A DNA stretch of 64,000 nt from Phoronis australis (lineage: Eukaryota; Animalia; Phoronida): contig NMRA01000032.1 in NCBI GenBank assembly GCA_002633005.1, forward strand, positions 1,403,999-1,467,998, in the 5' to 3' direction. This document shows positions 51,301 through 64,000 of this stretch, piece by piece (the first letter of the stretch is position 1; every line of letters starts with the position of its first letter). The position numbers were made by a program, and so were the translations under genes. Under the pieces are notes generated by a model. That model made no database searches. It was not told the DNA's origin and was given only the letters and a program-made list of their open reading frames with translations.

Positions 51301-54300
51301 TCACAAACGGAGGATAGTAACAGAGTGGATTAAAAATGGTAAATGAAGATATTGATATTCACTATCAACCAAACCAATAAAAGTTATAAATAGATCAATT
51401 GAAAAACTTCATTATGCAAAAATGGCACCAAAAAATCAAAGACAACCAAGTTTCAAACATACATTTTAATTTACCAAACTCTCCTACAAAACTTACACAG
51501 ATCAAGCCCAATTAATAATACGATGAATGTTTCCAGTCACGTGACAACTCAGTGGCCTGATGAAGTCCTCGAGAGGAGGACGCAACGTAGCCATCTCCAC
51601 GTACCCTAAGTCCAGTAATAGATTTACTGATTCTTATACAAAGCCCATTTAATGTTACCAAAATATGTAATAGTTACTTTACAGGAGTCTCACAGTTTGA
51701 GAACCATGGAATAACGGGCATCAACTGTTTCTCAAAATCTTCTCTATTGTGACCAATCATATTCCTGCTCACCTCGCTCGACATGTCCTCATTTTCCAAC
51801 TCATCAGCACCTGTTCTCTGAATCCCATCCTCAACAGGGTGGTTCTTGATTTTATTTACCAACTTGTGATGCCGTTTGGACAGCATGCAAAATAAACTGA
51901 AACAGAAAAAAATTATGTAACGCTCGTGTAGGCTTCAGTCAGAAACTTTAGAGTTGGTTAATGAAGAAAATAACATGATACTTACAAATTCAGTTTCTTT
52001 ATCATATTAACTGCAAAACTGTGTATGGACTTTTCTTTTAAGGCCTTTTTGCCTGGGAGCTCACATGTCAAAAGTCAACAGGGACATTGATGTTTCATTT
52101 TTCTCAAGGGTAATGGCTACAGACCTAGAATCAACATGCTTTTTATGAAACATCACCACCTTACCTGACAATCCGTTGCGTAACATAGGGATGAAGGTTG
52201 GTGAAGTGAGCTGACATGTTAGCCAGAGCTGCCAAACAGTTGGTGTGAAGGTAACGATCCTGAAACAACAAAAGCCACAGGCAAGTCCTGCTTTGATGTC
52301 CGAATGATTGAACTGCAGACCAATCAAGAGTTACGATATTATTGAAAAGGCGATATTTGTAATAACTACAAGTAAGGACTATTAAGGCTGTAGTCCAAGA
52401 CACACATACATGACTGTACTGTACAAAGGAAAGCCACTCAGTGACACTGACTTTCTGTTTAAGTGAATCCATTACTCAGAACATCAAGAATATTCGAACC
52501 TATAACCATTTCCATTCCTAGCAGGAGCAGCCATGATATTACAGATCAAGAGGACACCTGGTGGTGTGATGGACAAGCCATTCGCAGATACTTCCCATAT
52601 TGACCTTATGGCAATTAGGTCTGTGATTATGGCTACCACACAGAGAAACAGGACTAATTCTTTGTGTAAAATGTGATGTAGGAAATGATGAGGAACAAAG
52701 GCATTGGATGCTAAAAACTGACCATTGACATCATACAAATACATCAATAAGAATAAAACTGATATTATATGTATTGGCCTGTACAATATACATATAAGTC
52801 AATAAGGACCCCAATATGTTAGAAATATGGACATTTAGTTTCAGAGTCAAGAATTTTTTTCATCAACCTCTGATTATCACAACCTAAACAACAAAATGCA
52901 TATTCACTACCACAGAATCGCCGGGGGAGAGCATCTAAGTCCTTACCCTCATTCTAGTGATGTTGTATTGTATAGTACGGATGACCACCAAGATGAGTAG
53001 GCCACCTAGTGTTATCTCACAGATAGTCCTCTCCATAAACCAGACCACATTCTTTAGTGTCTGAAATAGCAACAGCGACCATGCAGCAATACACAAGTCA
53101 CAATAGCTCAATGTACGCGAATACTGCGACTAAACGGCCAGCAGGACTCTCGATGACCTGTTCTAACCCATTGTGGTCAATGAATTTGGATTTTAAACTA
53201 CAAGCAAAATAGTATTCAGATAAAACGATCCCAAATTCCCATTAAAGGCAGAAGCTGAATTTATCGTCAGAGCTTTTTTCTCAAGACAGAGAACGAAGGT
53301 TAATTAACAGGAAAGTTTGTCCAATGGCTACGCTATTCTGTAATTTGAATTTTGACGTCTTAATAATTATTACAAGTAATTTGGGCTGTTAATAGAATTA
53401 GTAACCATCATGACAGGAAAATGGTATTTTGTCTGATATTACTTTTGTCTCGTACAACTGTACATGATATTGGCACAGCTGCAACGAGGACACCTGGTGT
53501 TACAAAGACCAAACAAGAAACCAAAAAATAAATGAAAATTTTTGATAAATTGCAGTTCTGGTTGATTTAATAGCCAATCCCACACGTCAACTTGATAACA
53601 TTTGACCACAATAATGCACAAATAAAACAGTCTATGACTTTTGCCAACTATGTCTTACCAGAACCTATGACTAACCCATGTTCCATCAGACAAAATGAAT
53701 TATAAGTCCCACCAAAAAACTTTACAGTGATACCAAAGATGAAGAACAGTACAGGCATTATTCAAGTACATACTATTTCATGGACAGCCTTGCTGAATGC
53801 ATCGTCTTCGCTCAGAACCAGCAGTATGATAAGAGCCATGTAGATATGGTGCGAGTTTTTGTCATCGGCGTGATAGAGAATCCTCAACAGCGGCAGTACC
53901 TAAAATAAGCCAGAGGATACCCTCTCGATATCAACCAACAGGAGTAACATATTTCAGTCAACAATTAATATTCAGTATCATGAACACCGCACTACTGGGG
54001 TCTGTTTCCTGAAAGATATTTAAGACTTAAGAAAAAAATTTAGTCACATGCTCACACTACACAAATGGAGAAAAAAGGAGTTTAGCCAAATAAATACGAA
54101 CACAACACAGTCTAGCAGTAATTTACAGAAATTAGTAACTATCATTTGTGTGTATATTCTCAAGGACTTTGTACAGTTGCTCATGTGAGATTTATTTTTT
54201 TGAACTAATTGTGTGGACCGCAAGACCAAATTTCTGACTTAAGTCACTTTCAGATCCCTGAGCATGTGAAATGGAAATCCTGCAAATATCCAATGCCACC

Positions 54301-57300
54301 AACACTACAGTACTGTCAGTAATAACGTACTTCAATAAAAGTTTTACTAGCACCCAATATCACAAACACAACATTTGTGGAATGACATATGTCAGCAGCA
54401 GATTCTACTACCAACCTATGCGCCATTATCCCAGTCCTGAAACACCACAACACCATTCTCACTAAAGGGAATTTCCCACAATGCAATACATTTGTCAAGC
54501 ATTTATCTTGCATATTCACATGCAAATGTACTAGTCACTAACCCGTATCCTAATTATCAAGTAATAATTTTAATGCAAGCAAACCTAAACTACAACATGG
54601 CAACAGCAAAAAATTGGCAAGAAAGACAAACATCAGTGCTGGGTGTGCAATTTATTGATCTTCTATTGCCAATCAACTGAGGAATGCCATACCCTTTGAA
54701 AAGTAGGTCAGTTGTGTAATGCATTTTTCTACCTCCCCGAAAGAGGAGAGGTCAATTCAGGACAACCCTATTAGAATGACTTAGACTTGACTGTCAACAG
54801 TTGGAAGTGAAGAGACTCACCAGATTGTCGATGTTAGTCCTGGACAGAATGAAGACCTTCATGTGTTGGTTCTGATGCAGCAGAAGGTACAACAGTAACG
54901 TGGTCTGGTCATCTCTCAGTCGTAAGCACAGTGTGTTGAACAGCTTGCTGAAGTCCAGTTTGAATGTGGCCACGGCCACTGTGGGGCTGGATGAGTCCTC
55001 GTGATCTGCATAAACAATGCACAGTTAAAATTAGGTCATTAATGGATGGCACGCATACTATTTAAGACTTGATATGTTATAGTAATTCTTTACGTATTTA
55101 GCACGCAAGATGGTCGACAAGTGAAATTCTCTTTTGTTGAATTTCTCTAAAAAAGTAAAAAGAAAGCAAAATTTAGTCCATTACTAGGATGGTTTGTATT
55201 GCGTAAATCCCATAAAAGCAACATTAGGTAAAGTTTCCACTATTTGTAGAAAACGGCCTCTGAAAACTGGAAAATGACTATTTTGGTAATAATACTTTTT
55301 GAGCAAAACAAGTGGAGAATGACTGTAACCTAAATATAATGGTGTCGTTTCAGGGACTGTGTGTGTTGTTCAGTACGTCTATTATACGAAAAAATGTTGC
55401 CAAATCAATTTGGGCATTTTGAAAAAAAAACAGCCAGTTGGATGACATTTGGAATGGAAACAGGACATCCTGGCACTGACCCATTTGTTGTACCTCGGGT
55501 ATTTTTGTAGAGTCAAATTTCTCCGTGGATATTTTTCATATATGAACTTTACAAACTTCAATCATATGGCAAGTCACGTGACTTTCAAACTGGAGAATGA
55601 TTGGCTGCATGCTCGAAGTTTGCACATGGTCAGATATGAAAACACCTCGGAAGGGAAATTTGAGGTTACAAAAATACTTGGGGCATTCTGAATGGTACTA
55701 ACCTTAACAAGAAATTACAAGAAAATTCCTTTTAACAACAAACTCTAAAAAAAGATTTACTAATAGACAGAAAACTGTTACTGGATAGGAACGTAGAAGA
55801 AAGTTCTAACAGACCCGACCAACTTAAACTTAAACTACTGTTACAGTAATAACCTAACTGATGCAAATGGCAAGAAATTGCAGGGAGAGAATGTTAACTC
55901 ACTCACTCTTACCTTGTGAATTTGAAAATGAGAATAGTGCCTCCCTGTATGGATTGTGCAGACCCCTTTCACTGGTGCAGTGATTGACCAGCACAAGCAG
56001 AAATAGTAGGCTTTGATTGGCTAGTAATGTCTCTGACATCACATCCTCTTCCTTTGGCTTGGATTTTCCAGCCAATCCCAGCGTCATCACAGACCAAAGG
56101 CCAGCTGCAGAAAGAAGAACGTTGTTAGGTGCTTAAAAATGATTTGCTTCTGTTGATAACAACATATTATACATTTCTCATAAGACAGTTGATCAGTTGG
56201 AGTGCACTTGTAGCATAGCCAGTGCCACAAACACTTCCAGTTAAAACAATTCATTGTCTCAGGCTGAAGGGAATGTTCATGTGGTATGTATGATTGGAAG
56301 GCACAATGCATTAACTTCAAGTGAAATTCAGGCAGAAGTGCAGTGCTAAAGGCATCAGTGTCTTCTCTCAGGCCAACGTGAATGAGCATTTTCCATATCT
56401 TTTCTCAGATGTGCTAAGAATGATATCTCAAAATGTTTGCCGTCAGCAAATCCCTAGTTGGCACAAGCGAAACAACGGTTTATCAGTATAAATGCACATA
56501 TTCAAATGGTCACTCAGGTCAACAGGTTTCTGTTCTCAAACTAAAAAATTAAGAAATGTCACTTTCCTGATTAGCACCACCTAGTGGACCTCGTGAATGC
56601 CAATCCTCTAATGACTAAATGGACATTTTGCTGAATTCAAATTCAGACCAGGGGCTTTTCAGTGAACAAAACTTTGCCAACTTCAAGAACTCACAAGCAA
56701 CAGAGGACGTGAAGTTATAGAGCATCCCATGAGAGTCAGATCCTTTGAACAGCTCAGCTGGACATTTCTCCTGAGCTATGAAATTCCGCAATAGAGTCTT
56801 TGTCAATAATCCAGCATGCATTGAACTACAACAAAAATAAGTGTATATAAGGAAAAGAAATGGTCGTTACAGTCGTACAAGCATCCGTTCATCCGACGTT
56901 TGTGTGCATGCAAAAAAAAAATCATAACATATCAGACTTACAGTTGCGAAATTTTCACCGGTACTTTTCAACTCACTTTTCAAAATTACATCAGGCAGAC
57001 GAGAGTGAGAACTAATCATTGACAAGGGATGTTTTACAGATAGAATCAATAACAAGAATTTCTGAGTAGCTCTGCACACTGTACCTTCTGCCCACCATGA
57101 TAAACCTGAATAGGTTAGAGTTACTAGCGGGTGATGGGCTGAACATTTGTATGGCTAGCAGCACCAGCAGACAGTTGATGGCCTCAATATGTAGGGCGTA
57201 GGTAATGTTTCTGAAACCATAAGGAAGGCATGAATACAAACTTGTTGATGTTTAGAAACCATTTTGTATTTATAACAATACCAGAATGTGAGTTCTTAAA

Positions 57301-60300
57301 ATGTAATGAAGCCTACTTAGCTTGACAAAATATAATTGTATTAAGGTCAAGATAAAACTAGATTCAAAATCATTTAGACAGATTAGGTAACTTTGCAATT
57401 AATAAAACTTCCAAAATATTCCTTAAATTACTCTGAGTTTGTAAGATGAATTCTGACATTTTGCATGTCAGCCAGTGAATTGTGGATAACTTACAATACT
57501 GGGACATCTACAAGCAACTCCACAAGCGAATTCAACAGATCTTCTATCACATTGCCTGTTCTGGCATTTGACTCATCTGCAAGACAATGGTTAGGCACGA
57601 ATTGAACAACATACCGTTCACATGGCAGAATATCAGTTACTACATAACTCAAAGTTGAAGAGGCTATAAACCCACATAGTATAAAAAACAACTTTTTGAT
57701 TAAGACCACTTAATGTTACAAAATTAGCCTGAAGTTATTCCTCTAGCATGATTTCAGACCTTTGAAAACCTGAAAACTTGATTATTCCTCAAGATCAGTC
57801 AATACAGATTGGCTTGTTCCAAACGTGTCACAGCAAGAAAGAGGTCTATATCAAAAATTTTGCATCTTTGATAGAATGTGGGTTCAAAGCTGCATTCAAG
57901 AGAAAAGTCAGACTCTTATTTTGGCATGGTTTGTTAAATAGTTAAATTTATGAAACATCCACCTTTAAGCTAACAACAATTTGTAAACATAAACTACCAA
58001 TACAACATTAACTTGAACTACCATACCTGTGTTTACTGCTGAATTGGCTTCAAACTGCTGCAGTATAACCTCTTCAGACAGATTCTCGATGAAGTATTTA
58101 CTGATGTTTCTGACGATGAACAGTGCATTGTAAGTCTGCCATGTAAAGATATTGCTGAAAAAGAGCAAACAATGCATATTTAATAGATGGCAAAACATAA
58201 TAAGTCTTATGAACATTAGCTTTACATTTTGACCAAGGTTTAAATGGAGCAGATTATGGGTATGTTTCATAAAACTAACTTAATAAGACGCAAGACAGAA
58301 GCTTGGTCTATGCTCCCACTTAACAATATTGCTGAAAAAGCCAAAGACAAGTAATTATGAGCACCAAAGTCTAGAAATAATTAATAGAAATTATTTAGTA
58401 ATTAGCAGGTACATATTTTCAGAGACTGCGCTTTTGCCCCAGACATAAAAAGCAGATATCGTACACTAGTGTAGCCATGCTCTAAAGTGAAGTCATTTAA
58501 CAAGAAGCTCATCGTCAAGATTATAGATGAACGCTGAATGTGCAATAAACGATGGTTCTCTTTTGTCAACAATCTTACAACCTTGCAAGGTATCATGTTA
58601 ATTTGAAGAACCTGTGGCAAGCTTAAAGCACAATGGTATGTTTTGATAATCAATTACAACGCAGTATCGCTACAAGAAGCCACAATCTTCAAATATTCAT
58701 CATCATTCGGTACTGGTTTAATAAAAATTCCTCAGAGATTACAAATTATGAGAATTCGAACACTCAACATGACTGGGCAGTGGTTCACTACAGACGCATC
58801 ATTATTAGAGGCTACAGGCTATGATTGCACATTCATCTTCAGTGAGTTATAGTTTACATACAAAACTGTTAGTATCTAAGACCAGAGACAGTGAATATTC
58901 ATCTTCAGTGAGTTATAGTTTACATACAAAACTGTTAGTATCTAAGAACAGAGACAGTGAATATTCATCTTGGCTTATATAACAACTAACTGACGAGGGT
59001 ATGTATTTAGCCACATGTCTAAAAACCTATTGACCTTAGCTCGGTACAAGTGTACGCCAGTACATTCTGAGAGTAGGAAGCCGGAAGAATTTGAGTTGCA
59101 AGTTTTTACCAATCTGTCATTAATTGATTTAAGTGAGCAAGTTTTTTTAGTAAAACTATTATGTATAAGCAAAAAAGAACAGCATTAACAACATGGTAAA
59201 ATTTTATTTGAATTTTATTTGATATAAATGTCCAAGGTGAGATCTCAAAAATGCTGTTAACAGTTTTCTAAATTATCATTTCATTTCCGTTTTATGCAAG
59301 TTTCGATTTCTGTAATGGAAATCATATTTTCGTCGTATTTTTAAAAGCCCCTCAACCAATGGTGGTACATTTTAAAAATATAAGCCTATGCAGTTAGCCA
59401 AAAAAATACAAAAATATCAATTTTTAACTCTGTCAGTGTAAGTATACATTTTCTGAAAGTAGAAAGCTTGTAGAACTTGATTTTTTACTTTATACCAAAC
59501 TGCATTCATGGGGTCAGGTGGCAGTGTCTTTTTAATAAAATTTAACAAAGAAAAAATGCACATTCATAGAAAAACATAAAATTTCGTTTCAAATAAATAT
59601 AAAGAAGAAATCTCAAAAACCCTATAGTTTTTATAAAATATTTTGTATCGTGCAACTTTTAATTTTTACATAAAAATCAAAGTCCTAGCCTCTCATGAAA
59701 AAGAGAAACATCTTAAAAACAATTCCCAGCAGCATTTTGTAGAACAATGCATAACCTTCATAGTTAGTGAAACTTTCATGTGAATTCGACAAATCATTTC
59801 TGCAATATAACGTTCCGAAGTTAACCAAATGTTTCTAGGATCCTACATAACCACAACGACTAAATTGTTTGCCCTGTCTGTCTGATTACAAATGTTTACA
59901 TGAAGTGTGATGTTAACAAGTTCCTCAGGTAACAAAAAGATCCATAAAACCTTTTGTTACTGCGTACTAAACTAACAACATAACAATCCCTTTTGGTCTA
60001 TAAAACAAAAAACAACCAGGAAATACAATGACGAAATATACGTACTATTGAACTAAATAAAAGTAAAAAGCCAACACCAGTGTTCCCCGAATTACCTGAT
60101 ACTTTCAAAGAAACAATCGAGACGAAGTCTAAAACATATTTCAACATGACCAGCAATAGTAATAAAGTGATTTAAAACTGATTAATCAACATGGGGCAGC
60201 TGGTTTGTCAATATTAATAAAGAAATGCATTACCCTGTTGACCAACCAATTTAATACTTTACTGATATAGAGTGGTAGGTGGAGACCAGAAAGTATGCTA

Positions 60301-63300
60301 TGCTTATACTCCAGAACAAAAACGTTCGGGAACGTCTGGATGCACACCAACAAACTGGCCGCAAAAGTTGATTGACAGTTGAAGATCACCTTCTATGAAT
60401 TTGAAAATTTGATGCTAAAAAATAACTACATTATACAAGGTTGTAATTTAAAAACGTTGCAATTTCAGGGATATCTTTTGATTGGCAAGACTCTAGTATT
60501 CTCTTAAAAAATGGAAAGTGCATTTTTACACAAATACTGGGTAATTCACAATTACATAATTCCCAAATAACCAAGTGATATACTCTAAAATCACCGGCTG
60601 TCTCATTTCATGACTCATTGTCATCGTACAATGACAAAATCTTCAGAATCCAAATCACAGTTCACCCTGCTTAGCATGCCACAGACGATGGCAAAACAAA
60701 AATTTCCCGGGAATCCGTTATCCGCTTCGTGAAAAGTAACGTAACACTTAAAATTAGAAATTTGGTCTCCCACTCCCACTTCCAATTTCTGAACAAAGGT
60801 TAAACCAAGTAAATACGAATACAATCACAGTCTAAAAATAATTTATAGAAAAAAACCCTGGAGGGGGTAAGTTCAAATATAATATTTGAATGTTTATCAC
60901 AGACATTTAGACAGTATGAAAACTCCTTGAAGTAAAAAGAAAAAAATATTCACCTATTAAAAAGATGTTGTTTTTTGTCGCCATGGATTTATCTTACAAA
61001 TGGAAAACCTGTTAATTTTAGTTGGATGGTTCTTTTAATAGGTTAATGCCATTTTCAAATTCATTATGTATGAAGACTGGGTTCTTAATTCATTCAGAAT
61101 TTAAAGTGGAACTGGCACGCTAATTCCTTATCTCTATGATTGTTTGGACAAATTAGTTAGAAACACAACATATAGCGACGATGTGAATATGAAGAAGGTT
61201 GAAAAATGCCAAATCTTTTAAAGAACGAGTTTTGTGGCAAAAATGATCTGCCATAAATCAATGAATTGTGTCCAGTAAGTATCATGACATGGCGCTGGTG
61301 AACGACACTGCACGATGCGGGTTATGTGAGTGCCAAAGGTATGTCATTAGTGCAAAGGTCACCTATTTGCAGAATTTTTTGTTTTCCCATTTAGGAGTTG
61401 TCAATAATACTGCACTTTGTTTAGCGTAGATTATGTTAAAATATCATTTTCCTTTAGTTCCTGCAACACATTAGCATAGTTAGGAGCATGCATAATTAAT
61501 ATGCGCTTATAAACAAACTTCTCAGCTTAGTCCATATTCTAACTGAAATTAGTATCACTTCATGCAGCAAAAGTTCGCAAAGTTTATACACTAAACTTCT
61601 AAATCCGCACTCATCAATACCACCTTGCTATCGACAATGTCGATGTTTATTATTTAATAAATTTCGGACTTCATTACAATAGTTTTTAATCAACTATAAT
61701 AACTATTATTACGATTATTATTTCACAACTCTGATTGAACATGTGAGGAACTTGCCCCATTATCTCCTACTACATCACAAGAAGCCAGCAATACGTCAGC
61801 TGGCAGAGGCCGACTGTAACTCTTCACCTTTATCCTCATCAAATTTTCTCATAACGAAGCTGTTTGAACCGCATACTGTGCAAATTCATCGAATATTCTC
61901 ACTCGCACTATCCAATTCCTCCGACATGCCATCCAGGAATTCACAGTCAGCTCTACTTACTTCGCAACTTCAATTATGGGCAAATGGAGGAGAAAAGTTT
62001 CATTTGTTTTAAGCGAGTTGGCTGTGTTACAACATCAATGGGGGCTCTTTCAGAAACAAGTTTCGGAAAGCCCCCACGGGAGACCTTTCCGGATCATTTG
62101 CATGCCTGTCAAGGGCACATATATAGTGAGGGCAAAATGTCCTTGACTTCTCAATTGTGGTCTTTAGAGGACAGTTAAAACATTTCAGTTTGATCAATCC
62201 TCAATGAAGGCTCATCTTAAAGTAGCTTGACTGCCAACAAATTCAACCTGGTTGGTATTTTTAGTCAATGACAAACCAGGGCAAAGCTAATTTTTGAAAG
62301 ACTACCACACTTTTTCGAAAAAGCCACTTGGGGCAAAATCACTCCAGGGGGCTCTTTCCGCAATCCCAGGCACATTTTCTTGAATTATAGAACTACTTCA
62401 GAATTTTTCTTCTTTACTTCAATTTAGAAATTTCAGTTGCTTTAAAACAAAACATTATTATCTATTTACGATAATCACGAATATTCAGTTGATCAATCTC
62501 GCAGAGTAGGTCAATAATCAAGTTGAAGGTTAAGTTTAAGAGTAAGACAGAATTTTGCTTATAAAAATGAACCTTACTCACTTCTCACACTGGGCAGATG
62601 CCTTCAACTCATCCGTTCTCCTCAGAAAAACTTGAACTAATGACCCCAAGTTACCAGTGCGACAATTATTGATGGCAAAGTTTTTGCACAGCATGGACGT
62701 CGTCTCCTCTAATAGTCTGGTGTCCGCACTGAAATGAGGAAAAAATACAAACAAGAATTTATCGAAAGATTTTAATTAAACAACACAGTTGCATAATCTA
62801 TTAAACCACTTGAATAAGGCCCGGCCACACATAGCATACCCAAGAACAACTTGCACTAGTGCAACTTACCCCATTTTTAAATGGACTATACACACACACA
62901 CACATATCCGATAACTAGGGTAAGGCGGAAGTTGTCGATCCGTGCGTGACAATGAATACCAAATGTGAGTACAGCACGCAAAAGAAAACCTGTTTGTATG
63001 TAACCGCAGTTGATAATTATTTCCGCCCAACCCCACTTTTGCGGCCACACAGCGGTTACAACTGGTGCAAGTTACAAGTGGGGTACGTTATGCTAGTTTA
63101 AATAGTGCCAGACAGCACTCAAACCTAGCAACAACTTGTTCCAGGAGTAACTTGTGGAGGGCACTATAGAGTTTTGGATATTAGATATCTAAAACCAGAA
63201 ATGCCCAGTTAGGCAAAGACCACTAACAAGAAAGAAACCAGATCACAAAAATAATAACTGGCTTTCATCATAGGACGATCTAAAACAATGAAACCCACTT

Positions 63301-63659
63301 GAAATATAAACAGGTAAAGTAAAAATACTTTGTAAGAAATACGACAGATAAGAACAACAAGACTCAACTCCCAAATTATAAACCAATAAAATATCTTCTG
63401 ATTTTTTAACTATATTAACATTTCCGTTCATAAACCAAAAATTTTTTATATTTTCACACAAAGCCTTGACGCAACATTAACACTTTTTAAACTAAGTGAA
63501 CAAATACGCAAAATCTTACCTGTTACATGGTATCACAATGGAAAATGACAACAACTGATTCCAGAATGGATCGTCAGGTAAGATGACTTCAGAACTGGAC
63601 AGTCTCTTGAGATATTCATTGCTGGCCAGTTCACTGATGCTACTACTGCACGAGCCCAT
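48331..63659 (-). CDS. DYM: Dymeclin, complete CDS, 15 coding exons, 676 aa
   Basis: Exons: 63659-63520, 62728-62582, 58154-58027, 57576-57495, 57210-57085, 56825-56695, 56104-55913, 55005-54821, 53899-53774, 53060-52947, 52259-52165, 51896-51773, 50700-50518, 49573-49460, 48474-48331 (2031 nt including TGA), phase-consistent GT-AG. Motifs: [93 protein letters not shown]. An acceptor at 63667 implies an upstream non-coding exon, which I did not locate. Confidence 0.97.
48500..48612. mobile_element. Hairpin MITE, same family as 20813-20926
   Basis: ggacaattgtcactt..gaaccagtttgatgccggttatccagtagagaaaactggttctcaaaacgtgggacccctatgtgacta aligns with the 20813 copy. Confidence 0.7.
49743..50001. 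mobile_element. MITE with GGGGTCTGTTTC-type termini (PIF/Harbinger-like)
   Basis: Inverted ends gtctgtttcctgaaaatcagacttaag...cttaagtctaatttttttcatgaaacagacccc; a second copy lies at 53997-54257. Confidence 0.65.
50935..51201. mobile_element. MITE with ~24-bp TIR TGTTCCCCTGACCCTAATTAATTA
   Basis: The right end taattaattagggccaggagaaca is the reverse complement of the left end, with 2 mismatches. Confidence 0.7.
51667..51761. mobile_element. Degenerate hairpin MITE, same family as 20813-20926 (opposite orientation)
   Basis: gtaatagttactttacaggagtctcacagtttgagaacc...gtttctcaaaatc matches the reverse complement of the 20813 copy. Confidence 0.6.
53997..54257. mobile_element. MITE, second copy of the GGGGTCTGTTTC family
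   Basis: ggggtctgtttcctgaaag..agacttaagaaaaaaatttagtc ... aaatttctgacttaagtc; homologous to the reverse complement of 49743-50001. Confidence 0.65.
58831..58970. repeat. Tandem duplication, 66-bp period, ~2.1 copies
   Basis: attcatcttcagtgagttatagtttacatacaaaactgttagtatctaaga(c/a)cagagacagtgaat at 58831 and 58897, with one substitution. Confidence 0.92.
59230..59852. mobile_element. Degenerate DNA-transposon remnant(s), family of 14280-14775
   Basis: Shared blocks caaggtgagatctcaaaaa, tacattttctgaaagtaga, catagaaaaaca, aaaaacaattcc and cct.cataacc. Confidence 0.55.
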
Positions 63660-64000
63660 AGTTCACCTACAGTCTAGTAGTCAGGCATTGTCTGCAATTG
63701 GATTAATGGACACAATGCAACAGAAATTGAATTCAAAACTTTGTCGCGAGTGTAATATTTAACTGAAATTGGAAGCTAATGAATGGTAGTCAGTTCAGTG
63801 ACCGCGGTCGTTCGAATCAATCAATAATTTAATTGAAGAGAGAAGAGTTGTGATTTAGTTGAGAAAAATTATGCATTAAAGATCCTCACAGCACTGAAAA
63901 GGTTGCAACTTCTCTAATGAGAAAGCCCTCTAGAGCCCAAATCCTAATTATTCACTCACTGCAGAGACACAATAAAGGTTAAATACCCGCATGAGAATTG

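Noticed and set aside
61743-62178. Possible transposase/Crypton remnant in DYM intron 2
   Set aside because: Only a vague resemblance in a stop-interrupted frame; unsupported without a profile search.

Overview
This is AT-rich metazoan genomic DNA, most likely from an invertebrate; the species cannot be determined from sequence alone. I assembled five intron-containing housekeeping genes by hand, checking splice phases, in a strictly alternating arrangement: ACP6 (-, 5' part only, 272 codons), ASL (+, complete, 461 aa), KLHDC3 (-, complete, 377 aa), ZNRD2/SSSCA1 (+, complete, 211 aa) and DYM (-, complete CDS, 676 aa). This gives two head-to-head and two tail-to-tail junctions. Introns carry many short non-autonomous DNA transposons (MITEs), a tRNA-derived SINE with a 13-bp target-site duplication (TSD), a ~500-bp foldback element, microsatellites and short tandem duplications. 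Most entries in the supplied ORF track are intronic noise or single exons extended into introns. I found no convincing evidence for a new protein-coding system. The most unexpected structure is a diverged inverted copy (~550 aligned bp, roughly 70-80% identity by eye) of the putative KLHDC3 promoter/5' exon region, lying 26 kb away in ASL intron 1 and interrupted by a MITE. Other points of interest are an obligatory GC-AG intron in ACP6, a hairpin MITE found three times next to splice sites, and back-to-back poly(A) signals between ZNRD2 and DYM. Homology calls rest on recalled vertebrate protein sequences, not database searches.
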